64,000 bases of DNA from Lytechinus pictus. Its lineage: Eukaryota. The notes beneath the pieces were generated by a model. The model was not told the DNA's origin, did not search any database, and worked only from the letters and a program-made list of their open reading frames with translations. Position numbers and translations under genes: made by a program. Position 1 is the first letter of the stretch; each line of letters starts with the position of its first letter. Positions 25,796 through 38,406 of the stretch are shown piece by piece. The stretch covers positions 33,916,001 to 33,980,000 of the forward strand of contig NC_087251.1 of assembly GCF_037042905.1 (NCBI RefSeq). Direction: 5' to 3'.

Positions 25796-26234
25796 ATTCT
25801 CTTATTCTTCCAATAATCAATAAACAAGCAACGGGAAATAAATAAATGGACGTGACGTGCGGGTGCAATGCGACAGCTAGTGTAGAATCTGAAAATGCCC
25901 AAATACATGAAGATCAACGTGTGGGACTGCATACGCATTATACAAGTGAAGATTTAGATTTGTAATGCAGGCGTTTGTACATGACGTGTAAATTAAAAAG
26001 AGTAATATCACTAAAAAATATAGAATAAAAAATATTTTTTACATTAATTATTATTAATTTCTTATAATTATTGGTAACATTTATCGAAAACTATACATTT
26101 ATAATCAATTTTAAATTCCTATTTAATCTATAATAATAAAAGATCCTGATGGAAAGCCTAACTTAAGATTTCATTTTCCTCACGGACAGACCCACACGTG
26201 AAACTCAATTGACCGACCAATATTGAGGGATAAA
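25796..26234. promoter_or_regulatory. Putative bidirectional promoter CMC2/EIF3K
   Basis: Divergent ATGs only 439 bp apart; contains TGACGT motifs (25853, 25982), CACGTG (26195) and CCAAT (26217). Promoter function is inferred. Confidence 0.6.
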
Positions 26235-29200
26235 ATGGCTTATGAACAGGCGCAATCTGCTGTTTCGTCGATGCTACATGGCATAAATAGGTAAATAAAG
26301 ACTGAATTATTACTTATATGGAAAAATAATGACAGAAATGATGTGTTTTGTGTTGGCTGACTTCCAGTCAGGAGTCTGTTTTTTTAGACTGCAGCTGCAT
26401 GCAGGGCGCGTGCGATTTCTATTGCATACAAATGGATAGGTGATATGGCACGGTTCCATGATACATTCATCCAAGAGCAAAGTCGCTGGCTGTTGTGTAA
26501 GGTCAACTTCTGAATGAGAGATGATAAATAACACAATATTGTATGCATAGACGTGATTCAATGTCATACCAGGGCCCTGGCATAACTTGTGTTGGACCCT
26601 TGTGTTTCAAAAATCTGGCAAAAATGCATTTCAAAACAAAATTGGCATTATCCGGGTTTAAGTCACCACTCTATTCACTGCCGTTCATTTCGTCAGCGGC
26701 GGTGACTTCTTTCATCTCCCATTGACTTTGTACACAATGAGCGCACACACCCTGACACACACCAGAAGAGAGGTGACTTATTTCAGGATAAGGCCACAAA
26801 ATTATTGTGCCAACCCTGATTAATACTTGGCCTAAATATTGTTTTCTTTATTTGAAATATGACTTATTAATTGTAGAGGTCTAGTTGACCATTTTGCTTT
26901 GCTTTGCTGGCTTGTAATATGATGGGAGGACCTAAACCAAAGCTACGCACTTTGTTTTTAAATGATTAAAACTATGCCAATTTGAATATATTTGAACATA
27001 TTTTCTTTCACTAATTTGTAATAAATATTTTAAAGATCTTTAACATAGAAGAAAATATCACAAAACTCACTAATACGAAAATCCTGCCATGTTTTCCGAA
27101 CACCTCTTGATTTCGCTGCCTGATGTAGAAGGGGTCCTAAAGCTACACACTTGATTTATCATGCAAAGAAATAGTATTTCCTGTGCCTCAATTTCTAAAA
27201 TATGTCCGTATTATTATAGTAAACTATGAAATCAAAGTGGATGTAACTCCAAAGTTCCAAACATTTGCTGGTTTCTCTGCATTCAAGGATTTATTGCAGC
27301 CTCTGTATAAAAATTGAATAGGGATCGTTCATCACTCTGCAGTCACAGCTTCACACACGTACACAGAGCTAGAGTGCGCATTTATTTCGCCATTGAAATT
27401 GCATGCGAAATGGAATGGTGCGTAGTTTTAGGACCCCTACCATATATTTTTTTTTCCTTGTAATTTCCAGGTATAATCCTGAGAATCTTGCTAACCTGGA
27501 GAAATATGTGGAGATCCAAGTCAGAGAAAACCAGTATGATCTGGAAGCAAATCTTGCCATTTTGAAGTTGTAAGTATCAAGTGGGATGAAATGTAAGAAA
27601 TATGGTATTGTAAGCTTTGAAATGTGGGAAAGGTGAAAATTGTGAGCTGTTTATTTCATGTTATCAATTGAGATTCCAGTCTCCAGTCTTTTGCCTGATT
27701 TTAGGCCCTGAGAACTTCCAATGTCAGCCTCTTTCAAGCTACAGCACATACAGGATGTGATATGACCTGGCTTCTTTTCAGGCACAGAGAGTAAAGCATA
27801 TTGCAATCTGTGTGTATTCAAAAGCTCCCCGGCTATAGATTGTTCATAAGATGCACTTTGTATGAAAAAAAAAAGTTGAAATTTTTTGAATGAGAAATGG
27901 GATACAATTCTTGCACTGACCCAATCAAGGGTGGCATGAGTTTTATAGCCCCCCCCCCCCCCCAAAATGTTAATTAATGCCCTCTACAGCCCACATAAAT
28001 CGTCATCCAGTTAATAATTCATATCACTTTCCATGTACCTAACATTTGACGTGAGGTGAAGAGAATCTTTCACTGGTACAGTAAGTTACATGCAGGAATT
28101 TCTACTGATTTGAGCTTATTCCATTAATTTCATTTATTTTCACGATTGTGGGGTCAAGTTAAAATACATTTCTCTGACTACTCCGATTACAGATGTACAT
28201 GTAGACTGATGGGTTTTCTGGGGGGTATTGAGTTTTTTATTTGAAATTGTATGTTTGTTGACAATATACAAAAAAATAATAATTTATGTAATGAGTTGAG
28301 ATGTTTTAATTACAACAATGACAGATATGTGATGTTCTCATTTTTCTATCATTTTTTTGGTCAGACACATGCACTACACATTCACATGTATGTATGGGAC
28401 TGCATAAAAGTTTGACCCAAATGTGTCAGCTTTTTGTTGTTGTCACATTTAGAATGTTTGAGCATACATGTATGAAGAGCATTATTTTGCAGTGGACTTT
28501 TTACTCGACTATTCTACCTGAATTTAGATGAAAAAGAATTTGAAAACAATAAATTTTTTAACCTTCCCCCACTATATGAGCATCCCTTATGATTTCACAT
28601 TTTATTGAAGAAACATTTCTCTTTCTACTCTAGATTATGCCCCACCTCTTCACAAACCTGGATGTAGATGGCTTTAACTACAGCAGAGTCTATGCGGGCA
28701 GTCCATCAGTGACCAACCGATGCTGCCAGACACCGGCCCAATTTTTTCCACACTGGTGGACCACTAAAATAAAGAAATACATAGGAAATTCAGTGTCACA
28801 AAATATATATTTAAAAAAAATTCACATATTTGAAGTTTATAAGCTCTTTTGTGTGCAATGCACCAGAAATTTATCATGATCAATTTGCTATTTAGTAAAT
28901 CTGAATTTTGCACAGTGTGTATTATTACATGTAGGTCCACTTTTTTTCCAATCATCTGAGAAAGTATTATTTACAATTCAATTTCAACAATCCAACCTTT
29001 AATTTTAAAAGTAATCAGAATCACAATTACCTTAAAATCAAAGGGATTGTGTTGAAAATGAATGCAATCAGTTCCAATACATCTATATTTTTGTGTAGGA
29101 AAATAGGACAAGGGAAAAAAAATGAAACCTCTTCTTTTGGAGCCATTGTCTCATAAGGACTGTGAGAATTCAATTTGGATGTTATTTTTCTACTAATTTG

Positions 29201-32200
29201 GGAATAATATATTGTGCAGTATCGATGGAGAATGTGTGAACATTTTAACGACTTTTGAAATACTTTTATGAGTAAATTTAATTTTGATATTCTGCCATGT
29301 TTCCATAGGTATCAGCTGAATCCAGCACACTTCAAAATGCACACAGCTGCTCTTATCTTTCTCAAGGCAATGACCAACCTTCCACATACCGATGTCATCC
29401 TTTGCAAATGCCTCTTAGACAATGATGTTGTATCCTTTTGTTATCACAATGCGTATGTCTTGTAATACTTGTATTCTCATTTGGTAACAAGCTTGTTTGG
29501 TATATTCATGAGCAGGGGCTTATTTTCATGAAGAGTTTCAATTATCGTGTTAAGCTTGATTGTGATTGGCTGCCGAGCCATGTTACTGTTGTAGTTGCCA
29601 TAATGGCAATTACCATAGCTGTAACTCTTTATACAAGAGGCCCTTGCATCAGAATTTTAGTTATACATGTATGTAGGTTTCAAGTTATTTGCAGGGGCAG
29701 CACCATAGGGGTGGGGACAGAAGGGCAACTACCCCAAAGATTATTCAAGTTTTGAAGAAGAAAAAAAAATAGACCAAGAAAAAGAAAGAGAAAAGATTTA
29801 AATAAATATGCTTTGTTACACAGTACAATTGAAAAAGAAAGAGACTGACATCATTGTAGTTTTGTAATTTTAATGATTTTATAACACAAATTTTTACTAT
29901 AAGATTAATTTTTCTTCCATGAGCAGGAGAAAAATAGTGGCTCATTTTATTCGAGATATACATGTACCAGTCCCTCTTTTTACCATCACCTTGAAAACAA
30001 AATTGTCAGAGGAATATTTTATTGTTGAAATAATTGGAATAAGAAGTGCTGGTTCTGGTAGTTTTGTATTATATTTGCCCTAATTTCCTTTTTATTTGTA
30101 TGTTTGATATTGCAGCACTTGGCTGGTACTTTTGTCTCCTGTAGTGGTATTCATTGTTATGTACGTGAGCACTATAGTGCAAAGAAAATAAGAAACAGGA
30201 TATGATATTATTCAAAAAGCAATTTATTTGACTTTTCATCAGAAACATCTTTTAATGAATGTTTATGAAGAATTGCGTTATTTTTAGATGAATTTTAAGA
30301 GACAATACGTCAATACGACCAATATTTAAGAAATAGGTGAATAGGCCTACATGTAATTTCCAGATGGCAACTTCTTGATGTATTTTATAGAGCATGAGGA
30401 ATGAAGTCCATACAAGTTAGAATAGACTAACAATTGATCTTATTTAATGAATGCCTTTACCCTAATTGTGCTCAGATTGGTTTGAATGTTTTATTAAATT
30501 TTTATAATAGTCATTGGCCCAAACTCACAAAGGTGGTCTGAAATCTGTGGTTTGAAGCTATGGGTTATAAATGCAGATTTTATCCATTAATCACACATTC
30601 AGTGCATACAGTGGTGCTCAAAAGTTAGTGAACCCAACCAGAAAATGAACATATTTAAAGTGTTCAAGTTCTGCCATGTTTTAAATATTTAATTGTGAAA
30701 TCAGGTGATGAAATATTACATTCAATAAAGTTTGTTTCTCTTGGCTCACCGAACATTGTAGTGTTGTTGTCTACATTCAACCCTCTGCATGAAAGAGTGC
30801 ATTTTGTAATGGGGTTCACTAACTTTTGAGCACAACTGTTTAAGTGTTCATGATGTTGATTGCACGCTATTCTTACAGCACATTAATGCTAATTACCAAG
30901 TTTACGTCATTAATGAGCCCACTTTTTGTGTTAATTAATTTACATAAACAGTTGACTAAAAAAGAGTCACAAATATCTATTCTATGCTAAAAACATGCTT
31001 TCATTATTGGAAGCTTTCACAAATTACATGCTGAATTATTAAAGTGTAATTAATGCAAGATCTGCATAAAGCATGGATTCAAACCACCTTTGTGTGAGTT
31101 AGAGCCTTTTTGTTTATCTCAGTAATTCACATTTTCCTTAACATGATATTTTTAGCAACAAGAGGAACCACTGGCATCCATATGTTACTTTGCAGGATTA
31201 TTAGAAATGTGTCACTTCAAACAGTTCTGGGTAAGTTTTAAAATGTACAGGGAACTTCGCCAATTTGGCCTAAGTCAAATACTTTGGGACCACAGAAGTC
31301 TGTTTGAATTGAGGAAAACTTGACTTAGGAGAATAATGTTAGTTGTTTTGGTCTCAAAAATTCTTTCGACTTTAAAGGCAAATGTTTGGCTTATGGAGAT
31401 TTGACTTTGGCAAATTTATCTGTAGTTTCAATTTATTCCTCTCTCCTAGAAGTATACTTGCAAGCACCATTCCTACTCCATGTATTTTACTTGGTGATGA
31501 TAAAAAGGGAGAGTTTCAGTTGCGTCTGGTTTAGTACTTTAAGGAGCTCTTAGACAAAGTTCAAGTTTGTAGACACTTCAACATTTTAATGACTTTTGTT
31601 CCGTGTAGATTACTACAAAAACTATATTAAGGGTAATTTTTGTTTCATTATCAAATGGAGGAATGGCTGTAAGGTAAAGGTAATTCCTATGTCACGTGAT
31701 GTAACATCTCGAATATACATGTAGTATATGCCATACAGGAATATTGTTGAATTTTATTGGATTTTTGAACATGTATTGAAACTAAAACATTTGTTAGTAT
31801 TTAGAGACAATTGATAAAAAACATAATTTTTCAGGAATATAATCGTTTAAAAAATTTGATACACATTTGTGCACGGTTTCTTTTAGAATTTCATTTGTTC
31901 TGACAGGCTGGACAGAAATTATTGAAGTCCCTATAATCAGGGGCAGATCCAAGATTTTCCAAAAAGGGGGGGGGCACATTTTCCTGAGGAAAATTTGACA
32001 AGACAAGCAAGATAGAAGGTTTCCACCCGAAATTTAAGGTAATTTCGTTCACAGAAAATTTGACCCCTGGATCCACCAGTGCCTGTAATGCTTATGTACA
32101 ATGTACATATTGTAGCACAACAATGTCACAGGCATGTGCAATGCTGCAGTGTATAGCAGAACAAGCCTTAAAAAAAGACAACTATGCAAAACAAAAATTG

Positions 32201-35200
32201 CCACCATCACATTTTCTTGTGTATTTCATATCACTTAACAGATTGAGTATGATGCCAGGCCTGCAGCCTTACAAAATGTTGCTGGTTTTCACAATGCCAT
32301 CAGGAAATGTAAGTAGTTTATCGAGAACACTTACATGTACTTGATCATTCTGTGTGTTGTTTTACCAAGTTTTAGCACATTTATGATCAGGATCATGACG
32401 TTGTAGATGGAGAGCCCCACTTTTTTTCTTTAGTAGATTTTATTGGTAGCAAATTTGTCACTATGTGAATGTGAACTGAGCTGTCATGTGAAAAATCTTC
32501 AAATTTGCATACCCCGCATTGTATTGAACAATTTTTTGTTTTTGTCTCACCTGCGAAGCAGAGTGAGACTATAGGCGCCGCTTTTCCGACTTCGGCGGCG
32601 GAGTCAACACCAAATCTTAACCGAAGGTTAAGTTTTTGAAATGACAGCATAACTTAGAAAGTATATGGACCTAGTTCATGAAACTTGGCCATAAGGTTAA
32701 TCAAGTATTACTGAACATCCTGCCTTAGTTTCAGTTCACATGGCTAAGGTCAAAGGTCATTTAGGGTCAATGAACTTTGGCCAAATTGGGGGTATCTGTT
32801 GAATTACCATCATAACTTTAAAAGTTCATGGATCTGATTCATGAAACTTGGACATAATAGTAATCAAATATCACTGAACATCCTGTGCGAATTTCAGGTC
32901 ACATGACCAACATCAAAGGTCAATGAACTTTGGCCATAATGGGGGTATCTGTTGAATTACCATCATAACTTCAAAAGTTTATGGATATGATTCATGAAAC
33001 TTGGACATAAGAGTAATCAAGTTTCTTTGAACATCCCGTCTGAGTTTCAGGTCACATGACCAAGGTCAAAGGTCATTTAAGTTCAATGAACTTTGGCCAT
33101 GTTGGGGGTATTTGTTGAATTACCATCAAATCCGTGTAAGTGTATTGGTCTAGTTCATAAAACGTGGACATAAGTGTAACCAAGTATCAATGAACATCTT
33201 GTGCAAGTTTCAGGTCACATGACCAAGGTCAAAGGTTAATGGACTTTGGCCATGTTGGGGGTATTTGTTGAATTACCATCATAACTCTAAGTATATTGGT
33301 CTAGTTCATAAAACTTGGACACAAGTGTCATCAAGTATCACTGAACATCTCATGCGAGTTTCAGGTCACATGGCGAAAGTCAAAGGTCATTTAAGGTCAT
33401 TTAACTTTGGCCATTTTAGAGGTAATTATTAGATTGCTGTCATAACTTTCAAAGTTTATAGATATAGTGTATAAAATATGGATACTGGGGTAATCAAGTA
33501 TCACTGACAAGTTTTAGGTCACATGATCAAGATCAAATATAAATGAACGTAGTATTGTATCATTACATGAATGGTGTTTTTTGTGAATAATTATTTTATA
33601 GTAGTTTTCAAAGTCAGCACTGCTGCTATATTGAATCGTGTGATGCAGGTGAGACCGCTAGAGGCATTCCACTTGTTTCTAAAGAGTTTTTCTATCATGT
33701 TTAAATGACTAGATTTCGATAGTTGCCTTGACCATCTGCAATGAAATAAACAATGAAGTTGACAAAATTGAATTACATGTGAATCAGTTTAAGTTGAATC
33801 TTTGGGGATCATAGAAATCTGTTTGATTTATGGGGAAATTATGGCATATCATATGTTTGCACTTTCTGGGACCCGTTGCATATAACTTTTACTATTAAAA
33901 ACTCTGGCAAAACTTTTTGCCAGAGTTTTTTAAAGTGTAATTTTCAATATATAAATTTTTCTTTATTTCATTGAAAAAATGCCTTGACTTGGTGATTATT
34001 GAACTTATGAATGGCCTACTTGGACAGAGTCTACTGTAATTTGTATTTGATGTTAGTGATACAATAATGGCAGATGTGTCTTTTGTAATCCTTTGGCAAT
34101 AAGATATCATAATCCTGATGTATTTTCTTAGTAAATTTACCCATGAAATCACATGTCAAATGGATATCTCATTCCTTTCACATTTTATTTATTCTTTTTG
34201 TCAGTAAAATTTTTTCGACCCAAAATATAACTTTGCCACGATTCATTTTAAATGAAATCTCTTTTAGTACAATGTACATTCATATTTGTTTGAAAATATC
34301 AATACTTTTGATATCTCAGCTCGATCAATGTCGATCTGGCACTGCTCAGTGGCTGCCAGGTCCACGATCAATTGGGCAAAATGAATTGTTTGATGATTTC
34401 TTGTTCTGATTCCTATTTCGAACAATATATGGATTTTTATTATAAATTTTATTATTTTATAATTTGTCATTTCATATTCAAGTAATTCTGAAGCTGTGCA
34501 TGACTCGTTTTGATTTTCTTTTGTGCTCTGAATGACCTTTCACCTGTAGTCATCTGTCATGTGATCAACAGTACCTACCAGACCATTGAGAAGGTACAGC
34601 TAGGTGAACTTCTAGGAATATCGGATGATACAGAGCTGAAGAGTTGGATGGCCAACTATGACTGGAAGGAGCTTGATGGTGGCAAGGTCTTCATTTCCAA
34701 TCAGGATGAAAGCGTCAAGACGAAGAACATCACAGAGAAAATTGGCTTTGATAGTAAGTGTGAATGTATTTTTAGTTCATTGGCAATTGTTTTTCCCAAC
34801 AGATCAGATTTTCAAAGATTTTATGCTTTTAAACTGATCTCAAGTTGGACTTCCACTTTAATTATTCTGAAAAATGATCCCAACACCTAACATTACCCCA
34901 TCATTGTTGATAGTTTTAACGACAGTTGCGATTTCCAGGAACAGCAATGCAGTCGAAGTCTGCATAAGTAAACTTAAGTTGAATTAATTTTGCAGATGGT
35001 CCTGTAACATAAGGTTTAGTGATTGATTGTACAATCAATTAGCATGCTTGTTTGCACATAAGATCAATCTTTAAGCTTTGCATGAGGGGTCTAGGTTGTT
35101 TGCAAAATTAAAAGAAAAATCAACCTCTTTCCTAAATCAAAGGAGCCAAAATGATTTGACTCAGGGTAATAGTGGATATGCTATTTTATTATTTTCATCC

Positions 35201-35305
35201 GGAAAAATATTTGTTTTTTCAATGTTTTAAAAGATGATGAATGAAATTTAATTTCTTATCAATTTATTTGCAGATGTGGCTACTGTTATGAAGATATCCC
35301 AGTGA
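26235..35305 (+). CDS. EIF3K: Eukaryotic translation initiation factor 3 subunit K, 217 aa, 7 exons: 26235-26290, 27471-27569, 29309-29429, 31156-31230, 32242-32308, 34550-34753, 35274-35305
   Basis: In-frame splicing gives [57 protein letters not shown]...[17 protein letters not shown]...[18 protein letters not shown]...[37 protein letters not shown] and KNI.EKI.FD are hallmark eIF3k motifs. Confidence 0.96.
26570..26818. mobile_element. Small CAGGG...CCCTG element with nested inverted-repeat MITE (26643-26797)
   Basis: Outer CAGGGCCCTGGCATAA / TTGTGCCAACCCTG; inner TGGCATTATCCGGGTTTAAGTCACCACTCT / AGAGAGGTGACTTATTTCAGGATAAGGCCA. Confidence 0.4.
30516..31106. mobile_element. MITE (GGC termini, Harbinger-like tentative) hosting a nested Tc1/mariner MITE
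   Basis: GGCCCAAACTCACAAAGGTGGT versus ACCACCTTTGTGTGAGTTAGAGCC; inner arms ATGCAGAT..CATTAATCACAC / GTGTAATTAATG..ATCTGCAT. Confidence 0.6.
30609..30838. mobile_element. Tc1/mariner-type MITE
   Basis: TA|CAGTGGTGCTCAAAAGTTAGTGAACCC ... GGGTTCACTAACTTTTGAGCACAACTG; 27-bp TIR with one mismatch. Confidence 0.75.
32544..33675 (+). mobile_element. HINE family A, copy 2 (EIF3K intron 5)
   Basis: TTTTT|GTCTCACCTGC-GAAGCAGAGTGAGAC hairpin, CGGCGGCGG, five to six ~155-bp tandem units, 3' ATGCAGGTGAGAC...TTCCACTTG|TT; reverse-complement homolog of 20116-20957. Confidence 0.78.
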
Positions 35306-36200
35306 CCCTGATGCAAAAGGCCAACATGGACAATTCATAAACTTTAGCAAATACCATTCTGAAAATGGCAGTGATACGGACTGTATATGAGACACATTCG
35401 TGTGGTGGAGCAATTTATGACCTTGTTGTGACCTACAAGAAGTTCAGTTTCATTTGTCTTCATGTTCCAGTATATAGAGGTCTGCCGTTCAAGTGCGTCA
35501 TGGGATTCCTTTACTTTCTGTGTTTTGTCGTGTTTACCATTTGTTTCAGTTTAGAATCATGTTATATTTATGTAGGTCAATTCTAATTAGCATTTACACA
35601 TGCTTTACAAAGCAGTGTATTGAAGTTCTCGTCCTCGTGGAATATTTACACCATGTAAGAAAGATTCTGGAATTAATACCAGATTGACCACTAAAATAAC
35701 GTTGGGAATAGTATTCAAATAATTCTCATATTTGAAAATTCATATTTGTTATTTTGACACTGGTATTATGATGCCCAATGCAGTGACTGAATGTGTCATG
35801 ACAGATCTGCCCAAAGGCAACTGTCAAAGAAGTATACTGCAAAGCAAAACAGAATATTTCATTCCCAAATCCATAAAGTGGCATAATTGATTAATTATGA
35901 AAGCTTTCAATTTACTTTACAATTTTTCTGATCCAGGGCTCCATAACATAAATGAATGCGATAAAGAACCAATCTGATTGGTTCCTGGTCAAATGAACAA
36001 AGTGTGCATGATACAAGGTTTTTGATTGGTCATTGGCATTTGATTGCAAATTTGTATGTTACGAAGCCCACTCATCAGTGATGTACATCGATAGTGGGGC
36101 ATTTGGCAGTTGAGATCATTTTGGCCTGCCTTCCTGTTCAAAATAGCCTGGTACCGTAATGGTCAACAAAACTGTCATTTGGATCTTCATGAGAAATCCA

Positions 36201-36780
36201 TTTTTATGCCCCTGTAGACGAAGTCCGGAGGGGGCATTAAGCATTGCCCCTGTCCGTCCGACCCCCACTTGGTTTCCGCGCTATAACTTGAAAAATATTT
36301 AATGGATTTTAGAAATTTTGGGTGTGGAGGTAGATGACACCAAAATACAGGCTAAGTTCAAATTCGGAGTCCGCAGGTCAAAGCTCATTAAATATATGCA
36401 AATTGGTTTCCGCATGATAACTTTGGAAATATTCACCAGATATTAAAAATGTTTGGTGTCTAGGTAGATGACACCAAAATACAGGCTAAGTTTGAAATCG
36501 GAGCCCATAGGTCAAAGCTCATGCTGCAAGCAGCTGTATTGAAAAAATTTATGAGACAGCAAGACCACATTTCCATATGACACAATGAAGTGACATCAAA
36601 TGACCCGACTGTCATATCTTTCAGAGATTATTATGGAAAGGGCGAGTATTTAGGTCTAAATTTGTTCATTAATTATGTATGCATATTGGTTTCTGCACGA
36701 TATTAAGTTCAATCATATTGAATGAATTTCTGATCGCGTTAAGCGGGGGCATCTGTGTCCTTCGGACACATCAAATTTCT
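36201..36780 (+). mobile_element. HINE/DINE-1-like element, family B
   Basis: TTTTTATGCCCC...GGGGCAT 5' hairpin, GTCCGTCC microsatellite, 134-bp internal duplication (36269/36403), 3' GGGGGCAT subTIR followed by TGTGTCC-TTC-GGACACA stem-loop. Confidence 0.75.
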
Positions 36781-38406
36781 ATTCAGTTATGAAAGCCTCT
36801 TATTCACTTTTCTTGGAAAGCAGCATGAAATATTACAATTGTGGATGATTAAGTTTGATTTCACTTTTGACCCACTTGTCATTACAACTTAATACAAAGA
36901 CTCTGAATGAATCAGTAGAATACCTTAAGAATTTGCAAGTATATACAGATTTATTTATTACAATAACAAAAGAAACACAGCTTATATATTGTAACTAAAA
37001 AAATCACGAAATACCATTTCAGTGTTACACAAGTACTAGGCCTATAATGCAATGCAAAGAAATCAGTTACCATTAAAATTTAATGTACACAAAACCACTA
37101 TTGTACAATATGTAAGTTAACAATAGTGTAATACTGTTTTAACGAAGCCTCATGACATTATGGATTTTTTAAAAGGTCAACATATAATGTGTATTCTGAC
37201 ATGAAATACCAAGGAAAGGGACTTTCAGAAGGATGAACAAATGTTTCAAAACACAAAGGTTGTCTTTTCCCAACTACAATGGATTTAGGTGATTTCCAAT
37301 CAACTGCATTTACAGTAATTAATATATTCTGTTAAGCTTGTAATACTGATTGCAATGCTACTTCATAAAAATGCATCAATATTTGTGTTTCCAATTACGG
37401 TGCAGTGTCCCTTGCATTCTTTTTTTGCATAAAAAAAAGAAAATCATTCACAGTATCAAGGTGGAATATGTTTCTTTTTAACCAGTATCCATGTTTCATT
37501 TCTTCTATAAATATGAAGTATAGTTCTCAGAGAATGTCAATAAATAAATTTGTACAGAATTTTGACTGTATATCTCCTAAAACACTCAATCTTGTTTACA
37601 GAATTTTTATTTTCCTGGTGTTCTATTTCATGCTTTCATTGTGAAATTTAGGGATGCCAGTTAATTGTCACAGCCTTGGAGGGCAAGAATAATCTGGAGA
37701 TGTTGGCATCTATGAATCAGCCACATCTCAAGCTTCAAATAGACTTGATAGAAACTGAATTTTTGATGATTGGTGTCAACATCTTTGGGGACAAAAGGAA
37801 GGAGTTTTTCAATCTTGTTTTTTTATTTCACAATACTATTTTCGGTCATGCATTATTTTTTTTCTCGCCTTATTGCAGGTATAATGTTTGAAATCCAGAG
37901 AACAAATGGGCTATCATTTCAGTCTGTGATTGACTCCCACAACAAATACAGCTTTAATTAGGCATTTTATAAATAAAAATGCCTTAAATATGGCGTGATC
38001 ATGCTGAAATATATTTTAGTACTTTTCCTGAAACTTTGCATCCCTTAGATTTTATGATTGTTATAGGAAATGATACATCTATTTGAAGCAACAGCAAGAA
38101 ATGTATTACAATAATGGCCATTATATACATACCAATTCAAAACACTTTGTAAATCTTAAAATAAACACTTTGAACCAAACTTTTCTACTTGAAACAAGTG
38201 AATATTAGTGTCCTTTATCTTGAAACACAGGATACAATTCAGATTATAGCTGCCATCAATCTGATTAAATTACATTTATAAGCACTCTGTACAAGGTACA
38301 TGCATATTTATCACTGCGGACTTGTAAAGAAAATAAAATAAATATTACGACACATTGCCCAATAATCATGAATACAACTCCAGTAAATCAGCTATTTGCA
38401 AGCCTG

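Larger units (their letters stand above)
29430..31155 (+). other. EIF3K: U12-type (minor spliceosome) GT-AG intron, EIF3K intron 3
   Basis: 5' splice site GTATCCTTT at 29430; branch site TTCCTTAAC at 31134-31142, 13 nt before the intron end (AG 31154-31155); reading frame continuous across it. Confidence 0.92.
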
